From Podarcis bocagei (lineage: Eukaryota): a stretch of 64,000 nt of DNA. Within the stretch, counting starts at the first letter, position 1, and every line of letters begins with the position of its first letter. Positions 52,886 through 64,000 of this stretch are shown piece by piece. A program made the position numbers and the translations under genes. The notes under the pieces are model-generated. The model was given only the letters and a program-made list of their open reading frames with translations, did no database searches and was not told the origin of the DNA. Location: assembly GCA_964188305.1 (NCBI GenBank), contig OZ076890.1. One strand, written 5' to 3'.

Positions 52886-53599
52886 GAAGAGGTTTCTCAG
52901 GGTTGCAGTGGAAAGAAGGGACTACAAGGATGTCCCCTTCCACTAGCTTCCACTCCTGGCTCTCAGAATCCAAGCCACTCATTCCATTGCTTATACTTGC
53001 ATCCATGTGGGTAGCATTTCCTTTGATTCTGAAGCAGCAACCTCTTGCGCATGAGGGCTGAAATCATGTCAGTTCCTATATATTCCTTTCCCCTGACAAG
53101 CGGGAGTTCCATTGCTGTTGGGGTTGCTGTTTTCACCCTTTTATGTTTGTACGGGGTGGGGGGGAGCTCATTCTCACTGAGCACTTTTGGAGCCAGGGTT
53201 GTAGCTATTGCAAAGTGCAGATGTAGGCAAGCCACTCTCTCCCTGGTCTGTTTGTCTGAAGAAGCAGCAAGAGCTTTTCCTCCTAAGTGCACTTACATTA
53301 TTATTGTTTGTTTCGTATGGCCGAGCTTGGCATAATAGCAATTTGGAACGAAACTTCCTCCTAGGCAGCAAATGGCATAAAGAACAAACCACAACTCAAA
53401 GGCTGCAGGCCTGCTTTTACATATTACTGAGGGAATAAACAGGCCTTTTCAAAGCCAAAGAAAGGTTAACATTCCCTCCCCACCCTACACGAAAGCAACT
53501 AGGAGTACAACTCTTTCCAGGCCTGAATTGTTAACTTCAGATTTAGCCTTCAATGTCTGACAATGACGACTGGCAAAGGCATACTGGTGCCAGTGTGGT

Positions 53600-53980
53600 G
53601 GATGCAGGTGGCACTGTGGTCTAAACCACAGAGCCTCTTGGGCTTGCTGATCAGAAGGTCAGCGGTTTGAACCCCCACGACGAGGTGAGCTCCCATTGCT
53701 CTGTCGCAGCTCCTGCCAACCTAGCAGTTCGAAAGCACACCAGTGCAAGCAGATAAATAGGTACTGCTGTGGCAGGGACAAAAACGGTGTTTCTGTGCAC
53801 TCTGGTTTCCATCATGGTGTTCCATTGCACCAGAAGCAGTTTAGTCATGCTGGCTACATGACCCAGAAAGCTGTCTGTGGACAAACGCCGGCTCCCTCTG
53901 CCTGAAGTGAGATGAGCGCCACAACCCCATAGTCGCCTTTGACTGGATTTACCCGTCCAGGGGTCCTTTACCTTTTTACC
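53600..53980 (+). mobile_element. Sauria SINE (Squam1), full length
   Basis: Clearly homologous to 18059-18405 (CAGAAGGTC..AACCTAGCAGTTCGAAAGCA..ATAAATAGGTAC..GGGGTCCTTTACCTTT). Confidence 0.93.
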
Positions 53981-54140
53981 TAGTGGCTATAGTGCTGGAC
54001 CAGAATATATGAGAACAAGAGTCAAATCCCCACTTTGAAGGGTGACCTTGAGGCAGTCACTGCCTCTCAGCCTAACCTACCTCACAGGGTTGCTATGGGG
54101 ATTAAATGTTTTGGTGATGTGTAAGTAGCCACATTAACCT
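53981..54140 (+). mobile_element. Squam3-like SINE whose head is split by the Sauria SINE
   Basis: GCCAGTGTGGT (53589-53599) joins TAGTGGCTATAGTGCTGGAC...GGTGACCTTG..CTCTCAGCCTAACCTACCTCACAGGG. Confidence 0.75.
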
Positions 54141-54885
54141 GCACCGGCATTCTGATTTCAATACTGCTAGGGGATACGTCCTAACAGCTCTATTTTGGGT
54201 TTGTTTGTTTTTCTGTAGGCAATGCTCTGGCGAAGCAGCATTCAGCTGGATGAACTCTCCGCTCACTAGCTGGTGAGCAGATGGTTTAATCCTGCTCCTT
54301 GCAGGGCTACTTCTCCAGAGCATTCCTTGCAGGGGAAGGTGCTGCTGAAGCAGCACCAAGCAGGATTAAACTCTCTACTCACCAGGGTTCAGTCCTGCTT
54401 TCTGACAAAGCAGCACCCAGCATGGCCAAACCATTCTTCTCCACCCATCAGCTGGTATCACCCCTGGCCAGATTAAGATTGCTCTGAAAGGATGGAAGTT
54501 GCCTGCCCCTAAGTTACTGGAATAAGTCCAATTGACTTTGCAGTGCTAAATAAGTTATTTTAAACTGTTTTTAAAAAAATAAAAATATGGTGTAATATCT
54601 GTGCTATTTTTCTAAAAAAAAAAAGAGATGCCGGAACTCACCCTCATTCTCTTAGAATGGCACCCACCTGAGTGGTGCTGGAACTGAGTTCCAGCTGAAA
54701 AAAGCTCTGCTTTTAATATTAATGTTGTGCTTTAATAGTTGTAACCTTCCCTGGTACCCTTAGGGTGAAAGGAGGGAAATAAATTGTGATGACAATAATG
54801 ACAACCATGATGTTGAACACACTGCTGTAAAAATGTGAATGTTCTAGTGGGTAAATGGTTGAACAATACATGATATATAGATCAG

Positions 54886-55123
54886 CAGAGTTTGGATTTG
54901 GATTTGATATCCCGCTTTATCACTACCCAAAGGAGTCTCAAAGCGGCTAACATTCTCCTTTCCCTTCCTCCCCCACAACAAACACTCTGTGAGGTGAGTG
55001 GGGCTGAGAGACTTCAGAGAAGTGTGATTAGCCCAAGGTCACCCAGCAGCTGCATGTGGAGGAGCAGAGACATGAACCCGGTTCCCCATATTACGAGTCT
55101 ACCACTCTTAACCACACTGGCTC
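54886..55123 (-). mobile_element. Squam3-type SINE, near full length and young
   Basis: Minus strand reads GCCAGTGTGGTTAAGAGTGGTAGACTCGTAAT..CCACATGCAGCTGCTGGGTGACCTTGGGC..AGCCGCTTTGAGACTCC..GCGGGATATCAAATCCAAA. Confidence 0.88.
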
Positions 55124-56099
55124 TAGCAGATCTAACTCTGGGATGAAAAACAAGGCCTAGTTCTCATATATATATATATATAGCCATGTCCAGGCCTATG
55201 ACAACAGCCCAGGCTATGGGAGGTGAAGTCTCTCAGACCCTCAGGGGAGTTCTGTGGTCTCATGGGCAGCAACAGAGGGCTTACAATTACACAACGCATG
55301 AAAGGCAATCACTCCAGCAAAAAAAGCTGAAGTGAAAACATACTCAAAGTATAAAGATTTAAAAAGCACTATACTGAAGTAATAACTTAGCCTGCTCTTG
55401 AGCACAGGACTGTGAACACCGTAATTAGGTAGCCTCCTATCAAGTGACATGAGGAAAAATTACAAAAGGGAGTGATGGAAGACAAAAGTGTGTGAGAAAT
55501 AAATTAGCTTGATTACCGGGTTGGAGCTGTGATATTCGAGATCACTTTGTCAGCTTAATTGGCTACAATTTATGCAGCTCTATCAAACCTAACTAAGGCA
55601 TTAATAGGGGAAGAGGTGTACTCCACGTCCTTAGGAACAATTAGCCCTTGTCTTTCATGAAGGTATTTGGAAGACTCTCTGTGCTGGAAAGTGTGTGCAA
55701 TTTGTAAGGTTAATTATTTGCATTATTTATTATTACCTTTTCTTGGTAGTGCCTGTTGCCATAATACCTTGAGCACAATTTTTGTGGTTTGAACAGATCG
55801 CACAATGCCCATGTACAGAGAATTAGCTGTTCTGTATAATATTCTCAGCCAGCAGTCTCTAATTATGTTCTCCTTTACATCCTGTACATTGTGCTTTCCT
55901 CCCCGTCAAGTTTCCCCCCAAAACAAAGCCAAGAAAAGATTGATCCTTTAATTGTAGCAATAGGGGCCTCACATCCATGGTGCATGATCCTGAGGTAACC
56001 TTACAGGAGCTGTGAATCTAAGCTCTGGCTTGTCATCTTCAAGGCACCTTAAACGAACCCCTCCATGTGAGAAGCAACAGTGGTAGGAACCTCAGCTGT

Positions 56100-56345
56100 G
56101 TTATTTATTAAATCTGCATACCGCCCTTCATCTGAAGATCACAGGACGATTGACAGCATAAAAATGCAAGATGAGAACACAAAAGACATAATAAAACAAG
56201 AAAAAATGACAAACCAATAACTTCCCTCCCACAAACACAAAGAAGGGGCCATTGACCAAAATAAGAAAAGGTAAGGCAGAAACCGTAACAAGCAAATCCA
56301 AGCTGGTTCAATGAGCTGAAGAAAAAGGTTTTTATCCTCCCCTGT
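56100..56345 (-). mobile_element. L2-type LINE 3' tail
   Basis: TTATTTATTAAAT..ATACCGCCCTTCATCTGAAGATCACAGGACG followed by an A-rich run. Confidence 0.6.
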
Positions 56346-57427
56346 TACAAATGAGAGGGGGGGGGGGAACGGGACATTTTTTAATGCTTTACCCAGGCTA
56401 CCCAATTTTGAATGGGTACATTGGGTATTATCTCACAGTGATATTCTGGGTAATAAAGCTTCAGGCTTTATGCTATAGCTGTTTGCCTGGACTGGAGCAT
56501 GGACTGTATTCTAAGAGATAGAAAAGAGGAGAAGGGTAGGGACAGAGCTATCGGCATTGGTCTATTTAGGCAAACAGCCATTTATTTGTAGTGTATGTTT
56601 TTTGTCTCTAGTGCTCTTATACAACATGAAGGTGGAGCCACCGTCCTGCACATTGTAGATGCCTCTATGTGAGAGCCCCGTTATTCTGTAAGTGTGTTCC
56701 TCTTCTTTCTGGGAGGGGTTTTTAAAAGCTGTACTTCACATGCAGACTATATGGAAACAAGGCATTATCTGTTTTTGCACCAATTAACAACTTATTTTTG
56801 GTTGATCAAAGCCTATTGTTTCTAATTTTAAAGTGAAAGCATAATTGTTCCACCTACATTTTGCCTCTCTGCATGTATTATAATTTGAATAATAGAAGAA
56901 TAATTGCAGTGCTAATTGAGTGTACTATAGCCTGTGCATTTTTATGAACAAATTGAGGTCATATAGAAATTAGCTTCTGAATATTTTAGAAGTGACCTGC
57001 TACTGCATTAGGATTGGATTTCCAAAATTTGCCTTTGGTTTACAGAGCAATAAAAATGCCACCAGTAGCTTTATTTCTTGGCTTGGGTTCCTTCATTTGC
57101 AAAATGGGAGTAATGGTCTATTCAAGGGATATTTTTTTGGTCAGAATTAAGAGGGCACTTTGGGAAAGCATTGCAGTGACCTGACCCCGAAAAGAGTACT
57201 CACAGGATAAATGCAGTACTGTAGTTTGGAATAATTTATCTGATTCTTAAGCATATTTCAATCAAGGGTAATTACCACAAGATGACATTTCTTTTTATGC
57301 AAGGTTCTCAACTCCATCTCACCATACTGATAATTGTAACCAGAGCAAAGTTCCCTATATTTCATTGTAGTTTAGGTAAAAAAAGATAAGGTAAGGGACC
57401 CCTGGACATACCTTTTCATTCCTGTTA

Positions 57428-57565
57428 CTACTGTTCAGCTCTTGGGACAAATTTCAGCTCACTCTTTACATTCTGGATCTCTGACAGGTTTACAGCTGGG
57501 CCAGGTAATTTCTTGGCTCCTGGGAGCACCTTTTTCTTTTCCTCTTCTGAAGAAGCTGGAAGGCT
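57428..57565 (-). CDS. SMPX: SMPX (small muscle protein X-linked / Chisel) last coding exon; exon spans 57412-57565
   Basis: ctgcag|AGC. Translates [45 protein letters not shown] (human ...[31 protein letters not shown]). Donor AAG|gtatgt lies 16 nt after the stop. Confidence 0.96.
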   Translation of the reverse strand, partial: SLPASSEEEKKKVLPGAKKLPGPAVNLSEIQNVKSELKFVPRAEQ

Positions 57566-57786
57566 CTGCAGACAAAAAAACCCATCTACTTCAAACTAAT
57601 ACACTGGGGGGTGTTTCCATTTTCACAATGACCCAGTTCACATGCACTGCTAAGCCAAACCAAGATTGTTCTTGGCTTACAGCTCAAAGTTTGTCTGGAA
57701 TGAAACAAACTGGGAGCCCTGGTTGAGGCAAATCCGCTCCATGCTAAGCTAAACCATGGTTATACACACACATACTATAAACCAAC

Positions 57787-58049
57787 TGTTAAGTTGTGGG
57801 TGAACATATCAGACGACACAACGATTCTTCAAACAGCTCTTGTTTATTCACAGGCCAGAACAGAACTGGTCTGAAGGGTTCAGCCACCTGCTTATATAGA
57901 GCTCAACTACAAAGCAACAGTAACAACTTTCTGTAACTATCCAATCACTGAACATTGCTTTCAATTCCTTATTTGCATATGTGGACCTGAGTGAAAACTA
58001 TCTACAGTATCCCACTGCTGGCCCAGGGAGAGAACTTCAGTACATAACA
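57787..58049 (-). mobile_element. Solo LTR, 263 bp
   Basis: TGTTA...TAACA termini with a 5-bp TSD CCAAC (57782-57786 and 58050-58054). Minus-strand TATA box (CTATATAAG, 57899-57891) precedes AATAAA (57848-57843). Also carries CCAAT and the octamer ATTTGCAT. Confidence 0.9.
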
Positions 58050-60322
58050 CCAACAAATTATATATTTTTTAACTTCCCAGCTTTAGCCCTGGGTAATGCA
58101 GAAGGACTGAGGGGGGACTGCAGTGGGTGTGATCTCTTCTCCAGTAACCCACATGTTCATGCATCTGCACAGTGCTATTTTTCTAAAGAGGGGCTGGAAC
58201 TCACCATGAACACCTCCTTTGTTCTTCTATCATGGCAACAGCGCCCACTTGAGAGGTGCTGGAACTGCGTTCTGAAAAAAAGCCCCGCATCTGTTCCAAG
58301 CCATGATTTGCCTTGGCATACGTGCGAACTAAGCCATTATGTGACAGATCTACTAAAGTGCACAGAAGATACTAGATCTGACAGCCTGCTGAAGACTGCA
58401 AGGATAGCTCTGCCACATCTCCCAGATGATCTACCTAACCTCGTAACCACATCACTTTTGAGAAGCTATAGAAACACTGTGGAACTTTAAATCTGATTAC
58501 TGATTCCTTCTGGTCATTCAGTGTTTAGGCATCTATTCATGTAGTATGTTATACTTCTCCTCCAGAGCCTATGAGTCAGACTGAGGCAGCTGCCTCAGGC
58601 GGCAGAATCTCATGGCGTGGCACCCACTCTCCCCTGCTACTGCCACTGGAGAAGCAAGAAGGCAAGCTGCTGAGGTGGCTCTGTGACTTGGCTTCTTTAT
58701 TGCACTTTTAAAGGACCACAAACAAGTTTGGAAAAGAACACTCAAGGCCCTCTTCTCTTAGTTGTGGGATAGGAAGGATTATTTATCACAAGCTTTATAA
58801 TATTTTGTGCAGATGCCCCTTTCATTGTTACTAGTGGGTCTTCATCCATACAGCATCTCACAGGAATGAACAGAGGCAAATTAAGTGGTGAATATTTTTA
58901 AACCATTTTAAATATGCTCTAATTGCATAACATTTTGAAAATGGACCTCTCCAGATAATAATTTATTTCTTCAAATGATATGAAATATAAATTTGTGTTG
59001 GGGCTACTGGCACATTTATGGAACCTAAAATTAAGCATAGCTGATGCTGCAAATAGATCACAGTAATCATAGCAGTATCTGTTCTAAAATAACCTGTCTC
59101 TTTGCATCCTTTCAGATTTAAGAGGAATAATTTTGCTCCTGCAATACAAAGTTTTCATAGGATTGGATTGGGGGAAACAACTAACTGCATGGGCAACATA
59201 ATTCTGCATTATAACATGTAGGTGACCTATTTATTTTTATTTTAAAATGTACATCCCCCTTTTAACTATGTGGATCTCAAGTTGGTGAGGTAAGACCAAA
59301 GCAGCTGCATAAAATTGTTCACTGAAATATGGTTCCATTTTGCAACTGGAAAAGTAGAGCCATGGACTGTGTGGGAGCTGTGCCACAGTCTGCAAAGTTT
59401 CTAGTCCAGAAGTTCCTTATAAAACTACTATTTAATTTCAGAATTTCATGAAGCATAGCTGCATATCTCAAATTTTCTTTCAGTAAGTCCCATGCATCTG
59501 AAATTGAATTTGGCTTCAGGTTTATGGAGTCAATTAGCTGTCTGGTTGTGGTAAATTACTGCATGCTAGCAGATCTGTAGATGAACAGACTGTGTTCTCA
59601 TCTGAAATGTTCACACCTCCTACACAGTTTCCTTGCTTCTTGCCCTTTCACTCATTTTCCAGCTATATCCAAATATCTGCCTACATTTCAGCCCACTGAA
59701 ACCCACATGTATACTCCAAGTACTCAAATTACATAACCCATTTTTGGAAATTCAGAAAGCTCCTTTCGATATCTAAACTTAGGATCTAGGCCCTTTTCCC
59801 CCTACTCCCTTCCTCTCCCCATTATACTATTACTACTATACTAGTACTAGCACCATCCCAATACAATGAATGGTGAAAAGCCTTGAGCTGCAAGCAGCTG
59901 CTACTAGCCACTATCCGAATGGTGGGAGTTGTGGAGATATTTGTATAGGCTTCATCTGGGGTGGGGGAGTTAGACATGCCTCCCATATGCACTGTGGCCC
60001 TGTTGCAAAGTAGGACTCCTTGCGGTTGCTTTTAGAAGCCAAACATTAGGAAATGCAATCATGCAACACCCATCTAACTATAGTGGTGTTTCCAGATTGC
60101 TCAGGATCTCTGTTTCTTGCATTTGGAACACAATATCCACCCTTAGTTTGGAACCAGATTTATGTTGCACCCATACACTGACCCCAAAATACCACCAACC
60201 GTTGTGTGTATTAACTAATCGTACTTGAATAGAACCGATTTATACTGACTGATCATTATATGGCTTCTTAAACTAATGAGAAATAAACTAGGCTAGCAGA
60301 TGAAGACATATATTGCTCTTAC

Positions 60323-60406
60323 CTCATCAGCTTCAGTAAATTCTTTTCTTTTTGGTGGCTGACCTGCTCCAGGTAAAAGGGCTCCCATTGGGATGTTGAT
60401 ATTAGC
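60323..60406 (-). CDS. SMPX: SMPX internal coding exon, 84 nt, phase 0-0
   Basis: ttccag|GCT..GAG|gtaaga. Translates [28 protein letters not shown] (human [29 protein letters not shown]), in frame with the exon at 57565. Confidence 0.95.
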
Positions 60407-60457
60407 CTGGAAGATAGAGTTCATATCAGTATAGCATCAGGATATCATCAGCATCAT

Positions 60458-60700
60458 CGTTTTATTTGTATTTCGCCTTTCCATAGTTAAAACAGTGCTC
60501 AAGGCAGGCTTACAACATGACACGATTTACATAATTACAAACATAACAGAAGTCATAAACAATAAATAAAACACATCAAAAAATACACAACCAAATGGAA
60601 ACAATTTCCACGTAAATCATAAGATCTAAAACTAAAGATACAACAATAATATCAATAACAGCAACAGCTCTCTCAACCTCCCCCCCCCATAACCAATAAT
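60458..60700 (-). mobile_element. L2-like LINE 3' tail
   Basis: TTTATTTGTATTTCGCCTTTCC..GCTCAAGGCAGGCTTACAAC followed by a long A/C-rich tract. Confidence 0.55.
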
Positions 60701-62399
60701 CCAGTCCAAGAATCTGTTCAACAGCTTCAGCTTTTGTAGCTGGAGTCAGTCAGCACCCCACTCTCCCAGACCAGATGGGAAAGGTCCAGCAAGGCAGGGT
60801 GCAGGTATTCCAGGGTTCACAGCCAAGAGGGTCTCATTTAAAACAACACAGATAAAAATTAAAAACAATTTAAAAGCAGCTGCAGTCCTTGTGAAGCCTG
60901 TCAGGCCCCGCCCCAAGCCAGGTGGAAAGAGGCAAGGGCAGGGTCCTTCAGGCCCTCAGCAGGCAATCCTCCTTGCTCCCTACTTGATGTGGTGGGCTTA
61001 CAAGGACAGTTTTTTGCACAGTACAAAATGGTAAAATCTGCTCTTCCTGGAGAACTGCTGTACATATCAGTCCAGAGATACGCACGTCAGCCTGCCATTT
61101 GTCCCCTGTGGTGTCTTTTGCCCCTTCATTATTTTGGTAACGTTGGCAAATTCTGATTTTCCCTGAAGGTGGGTTTGCCGTCCATCCAAGTTCAGCTGTG
61201 ATCCAAGTAGCCATTAAGGTTTCAGGCTGCTGGATGCTATCGTTCCACCATAGGCTTTGTGTTTACAAGCTGCATGACATGCAGAAACTCAGAAGGTATT
61301 CTCCCCCATCACGTTGCCACTGTGCTGAGTCAAGCTGCACTTGCTAGGGACATCAGAGGATGTTGCAGGGGCAGCTGACAGTTCAGGGGAGCCAGGGGAG
61401 GGGGGCACATCACCAGAAGCAGAGGTGCCCCAGTCTCCACAGACACAGCAGCCTCTGAGGCAGCAGGAACAGGAATATACAGCTGTAAATTACATTGAAA
61501 CTGTCTCCATACATGGTACTTCTAATAGCAGTTAGAGAATGAATTACTATATTCCAGGACTGGCGCAGCCATTAGGCAGGGTCAGGCCACTGCTTCAGGT
61601 AGCAGAAGCCTCCAAGATGGTACCCCCGTGGACCCACTGCCTGCCCTGCTGCCTCCACCACCGGCGTCGACGCAGATTTCGGGTGAGATCACACTGATTT
61701 CCAGCAAGATTTCACCAAAACTAAGTGCCAGAGGTGGCAGCAGAAGGGCAGAATTCCCATTTCACATCAAGCAGTGAAACAGCATGCGCCATCCTGCTAT
61801 AGTCTACAGTATTTTCCAACTCATCTATTAAAATATGCGCTTATATTTCTTTGCTTTCAGGCAGCCTTCTGAGGGCAAGTCCACTTTTGTTAGCAAGCTC
61901 CAGTTAGTGTCCTCTGGGCTGTGTAGGTCTAATAGAAGGCTTGCAACTGGGCCTCATTCATGTGGAAGTGCAGCTGGACTGAACCCCAGGTTTCACGTGG
62001 AAGCAACTCAGTTTAGGGTGGCCACTTATGTGTTACCAAAAAAGATGGAATGCATCACCCAAAAGCAGGCAGAAGAGGGCTCCAATTTGCATGGCATTTG
62101 CCTGTGCTGATTTTACAGGTATAGATGCAAATTTATATATCTGTAGTACAATACATATCACCACAGCAGTCTGCTGTCCAGGTGTCAACTGCTGAAGGGC
62201 AACTTTGAGCCCCTGCTTTTCCTTCTTATGGTTCTTTATATTTAAACTGGACTTGGGCCGAATAGCTCTTCAAAGAAGTGAGTCCTTTTGTGTTCAGTGG
62301 GACTTGCTCCTATAAAAGACTTTAGTGCTAATTCCTTGTTTGCCACAGTCACTCTTGGCCAAGTGTCTGGGAGTGGTGGAGGAATGGGTGCGTGCCAGT

Positions 62400-62534
62400 C
62401 AGGGCATTTTTTTCAGCCGGAATTTGCCAGAAGTCAGTTCTGCCACCTTTCAGGTGGGCGCCATTGGCATTATAAGAGAACAAGGGCGGCATTCATGGTA
62501 AGTTCCGGCACCTTTTTCTAGAAAAATAGCACTG
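62400..62534. mobile_element. hAT MITE; related copies at ~54600-54710 and ~58170-58287
   Basis: CAGGGCATTTTTT / AAAAATAGCACTG ends, TSD GTGCCAGT/GTGCCCGT, and shared GGAACTCACC..GGTGCTGGAACTG motifs among the three copies. Confidence 0.8.
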
Positions 62535-62722
62535 GTGCCCGTGATGCGTGTAGCCACTTCTCACACAAACTCTGGCAGGCATGTGGACAGAGCACCCTCC
62601 CTTAGCTGTGTCAGCAACCCTTGGCGTATAGGAATGCATTGAATTCAGTGGGACTTACTTCTGGCTAGACATGTATAGGGTTGCACACTGTCTATTTAGT
62701 TGTAAAGTTAAAGAGATCTGTG

Positions 62723-62724
<2 letters not shown>

Positions 62725-62768
<44 letters not shown>
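62725..62768. repeat. (AC)n microsatellite
   Basis: 22 units. Confidence 0.98.
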
Positions 62769-62770
<2 letters not shown>

Positions 62771-64000
62771 TGTATAATATATAATTTTGCTTTCAAGGCT
62801 CATGGCTTAAAAGAAAATATTTTTTCTATGCATAACTGTGGTAAAATAAACTTACATTTCTCTAGAAGGTTAATTGGGAATCCTTAGTGGATAATTCCCT
62901 TTAATGGAAAGTAAGGGAGGCTGTAAACTACATTAAGTTCACAATACTGAGTTAAACTCCATGTTTAATGGAGTTTGGAACAATCCAGAATCAAACAAGA
63001 AACTGTAGTTTGTTTCAATGCATTTAAGTGAATTGTTTATTAGAGCTTATTTAAAACTACATAATAATGCCTTGTCATCTATCAAAACGTAGATTCCCTG
63101 TGCTTATAGAATGCAGTGCAGATGAAACAATTTGAAAATGCTAAAATAAATGTATCGCTCTACTGCATAATTGCTTTTGACTTCGTGTATTAAAATGAAA
63201 AGGCTCCCTTTGTTTTGTTGACTGATGTTTGTGTACTGCAATCTATAAATAAAAGTTATTTTCCCCAGAGATTGGTAGACAATTTTCTGCTTGCTTTCAA
63301 GAGAGAAGCAATCATCCTGCCCATTTAAATCTTCACAGTATATACCTTTTTTGTTTGCCTAGCCACCATTAAAAACTCATTGTGATAGAAAATTAATACT
63401 ATATAAATCTATTTACTACCAGGAAACAAATATTTCCTGTCTTCAGAACCAATAAAAAGCTGCAGCTATAGTAATTTCATGCCTCTGACATTATTGCTGG
63501 ATATCAAATTCATAGGCTGTAATTCAGAAGGTTGCAAACAGAAAAATCTTTCACTATTCCACATGTGGATGTGCAAACCTTGTACAGCTAATATACACAG
63601 TTGTGTAAAATAGGATTATAAAAGTCAGAGAAAATTGATAAAACAAGTACCATTAGCCGTACTGCTGGATAAATGTTTAATGGATATTATATTTGTATTT
63701 GTTTAAAAAACAATAAAAATGTTTTTGTTTTTTTAAAGTCAACCAGACAACGGAGGAAAAAGAGATTTTGAGCATGGATCTGTGGAATTCCCTCACAGCC
63801 CTAAGAAACAAATGCAGACATTCTGCTATAAACCATGGATTGCCAATTGTAGGGCTGGAACTTCAAACTATGGTATGTGCTCTTAACTATAGCAAGTAGA
63901 AACCATGATTTTGCATTACAACTATCCTGAACCCAACCATTGGCCTAATTTGGATGGTTATATCTGGGCTTTATATGCAGCTGATTCCGCCCGCCCCCCC

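Noticed and set aside
57981-58490. 169-aa ORF antisense to SMPX
   Set aside because: It is stitched from a solo LTR, a hAT MITE and flanking DNA, with no coding signature.
60948-61340. 88-aa minus-strand ORF and adjacent coding-looking sequence
   Set aside because: No recognisable homology or convincing splice sites. It is probably a decayed TE fragment.
60407-64000. Search for the SMPX start exon (MSKQP..RAIQ)
   Set aside because: No matching minus-strand sequence was found. It is presumably outside the window.

Overview
This is vertebrate genomic DNA. The Sauria SINE, Squam2/Squam3-type SINE, CR1 and L2 content points to a squamate, most likely a lacertid lizard. The window holds the conserved CNKSR2-KLHL34-SMPX block (human Xp22.12 order). 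It contains (1) the last two coding exons and 3' UTR of CNKSR2 on +, ending in the PDZ ligand ...IETHV, with positions 1-21171 being one long intron; (2) the intronless KLHL34 BTB-BACK-Kelch CDS on - (584 aa from the ATG at 30212); and (3) two coding exons plus a probable non-coding terminal exon of SMPX on -, whose first coding exon lies beyond the window. The rest is intronic or intergenic DNA with many SINE/LINE fragments, hAT, Tc1-mariner and Harbinger MITEs (several with intact TSDs, some nested), one clean solo LTR, microsatellites and a 168-N assembly gap. Almost all short ORFs in the supplied track are spurious. I see no wholly new biological system. The best leads are a set of cryptic exon candidates in the last long CNKSR2 intron that could swap or remove the C-terminal PDZ ligand, a long hairpin downstream of KLHL34, a sense-oriented solo LTR just upstream of an SMPX exon, and an FR->LL change in a conserved SMPX motif. 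Gene identities and repeat family names come from recalled sequences, not from a database search.
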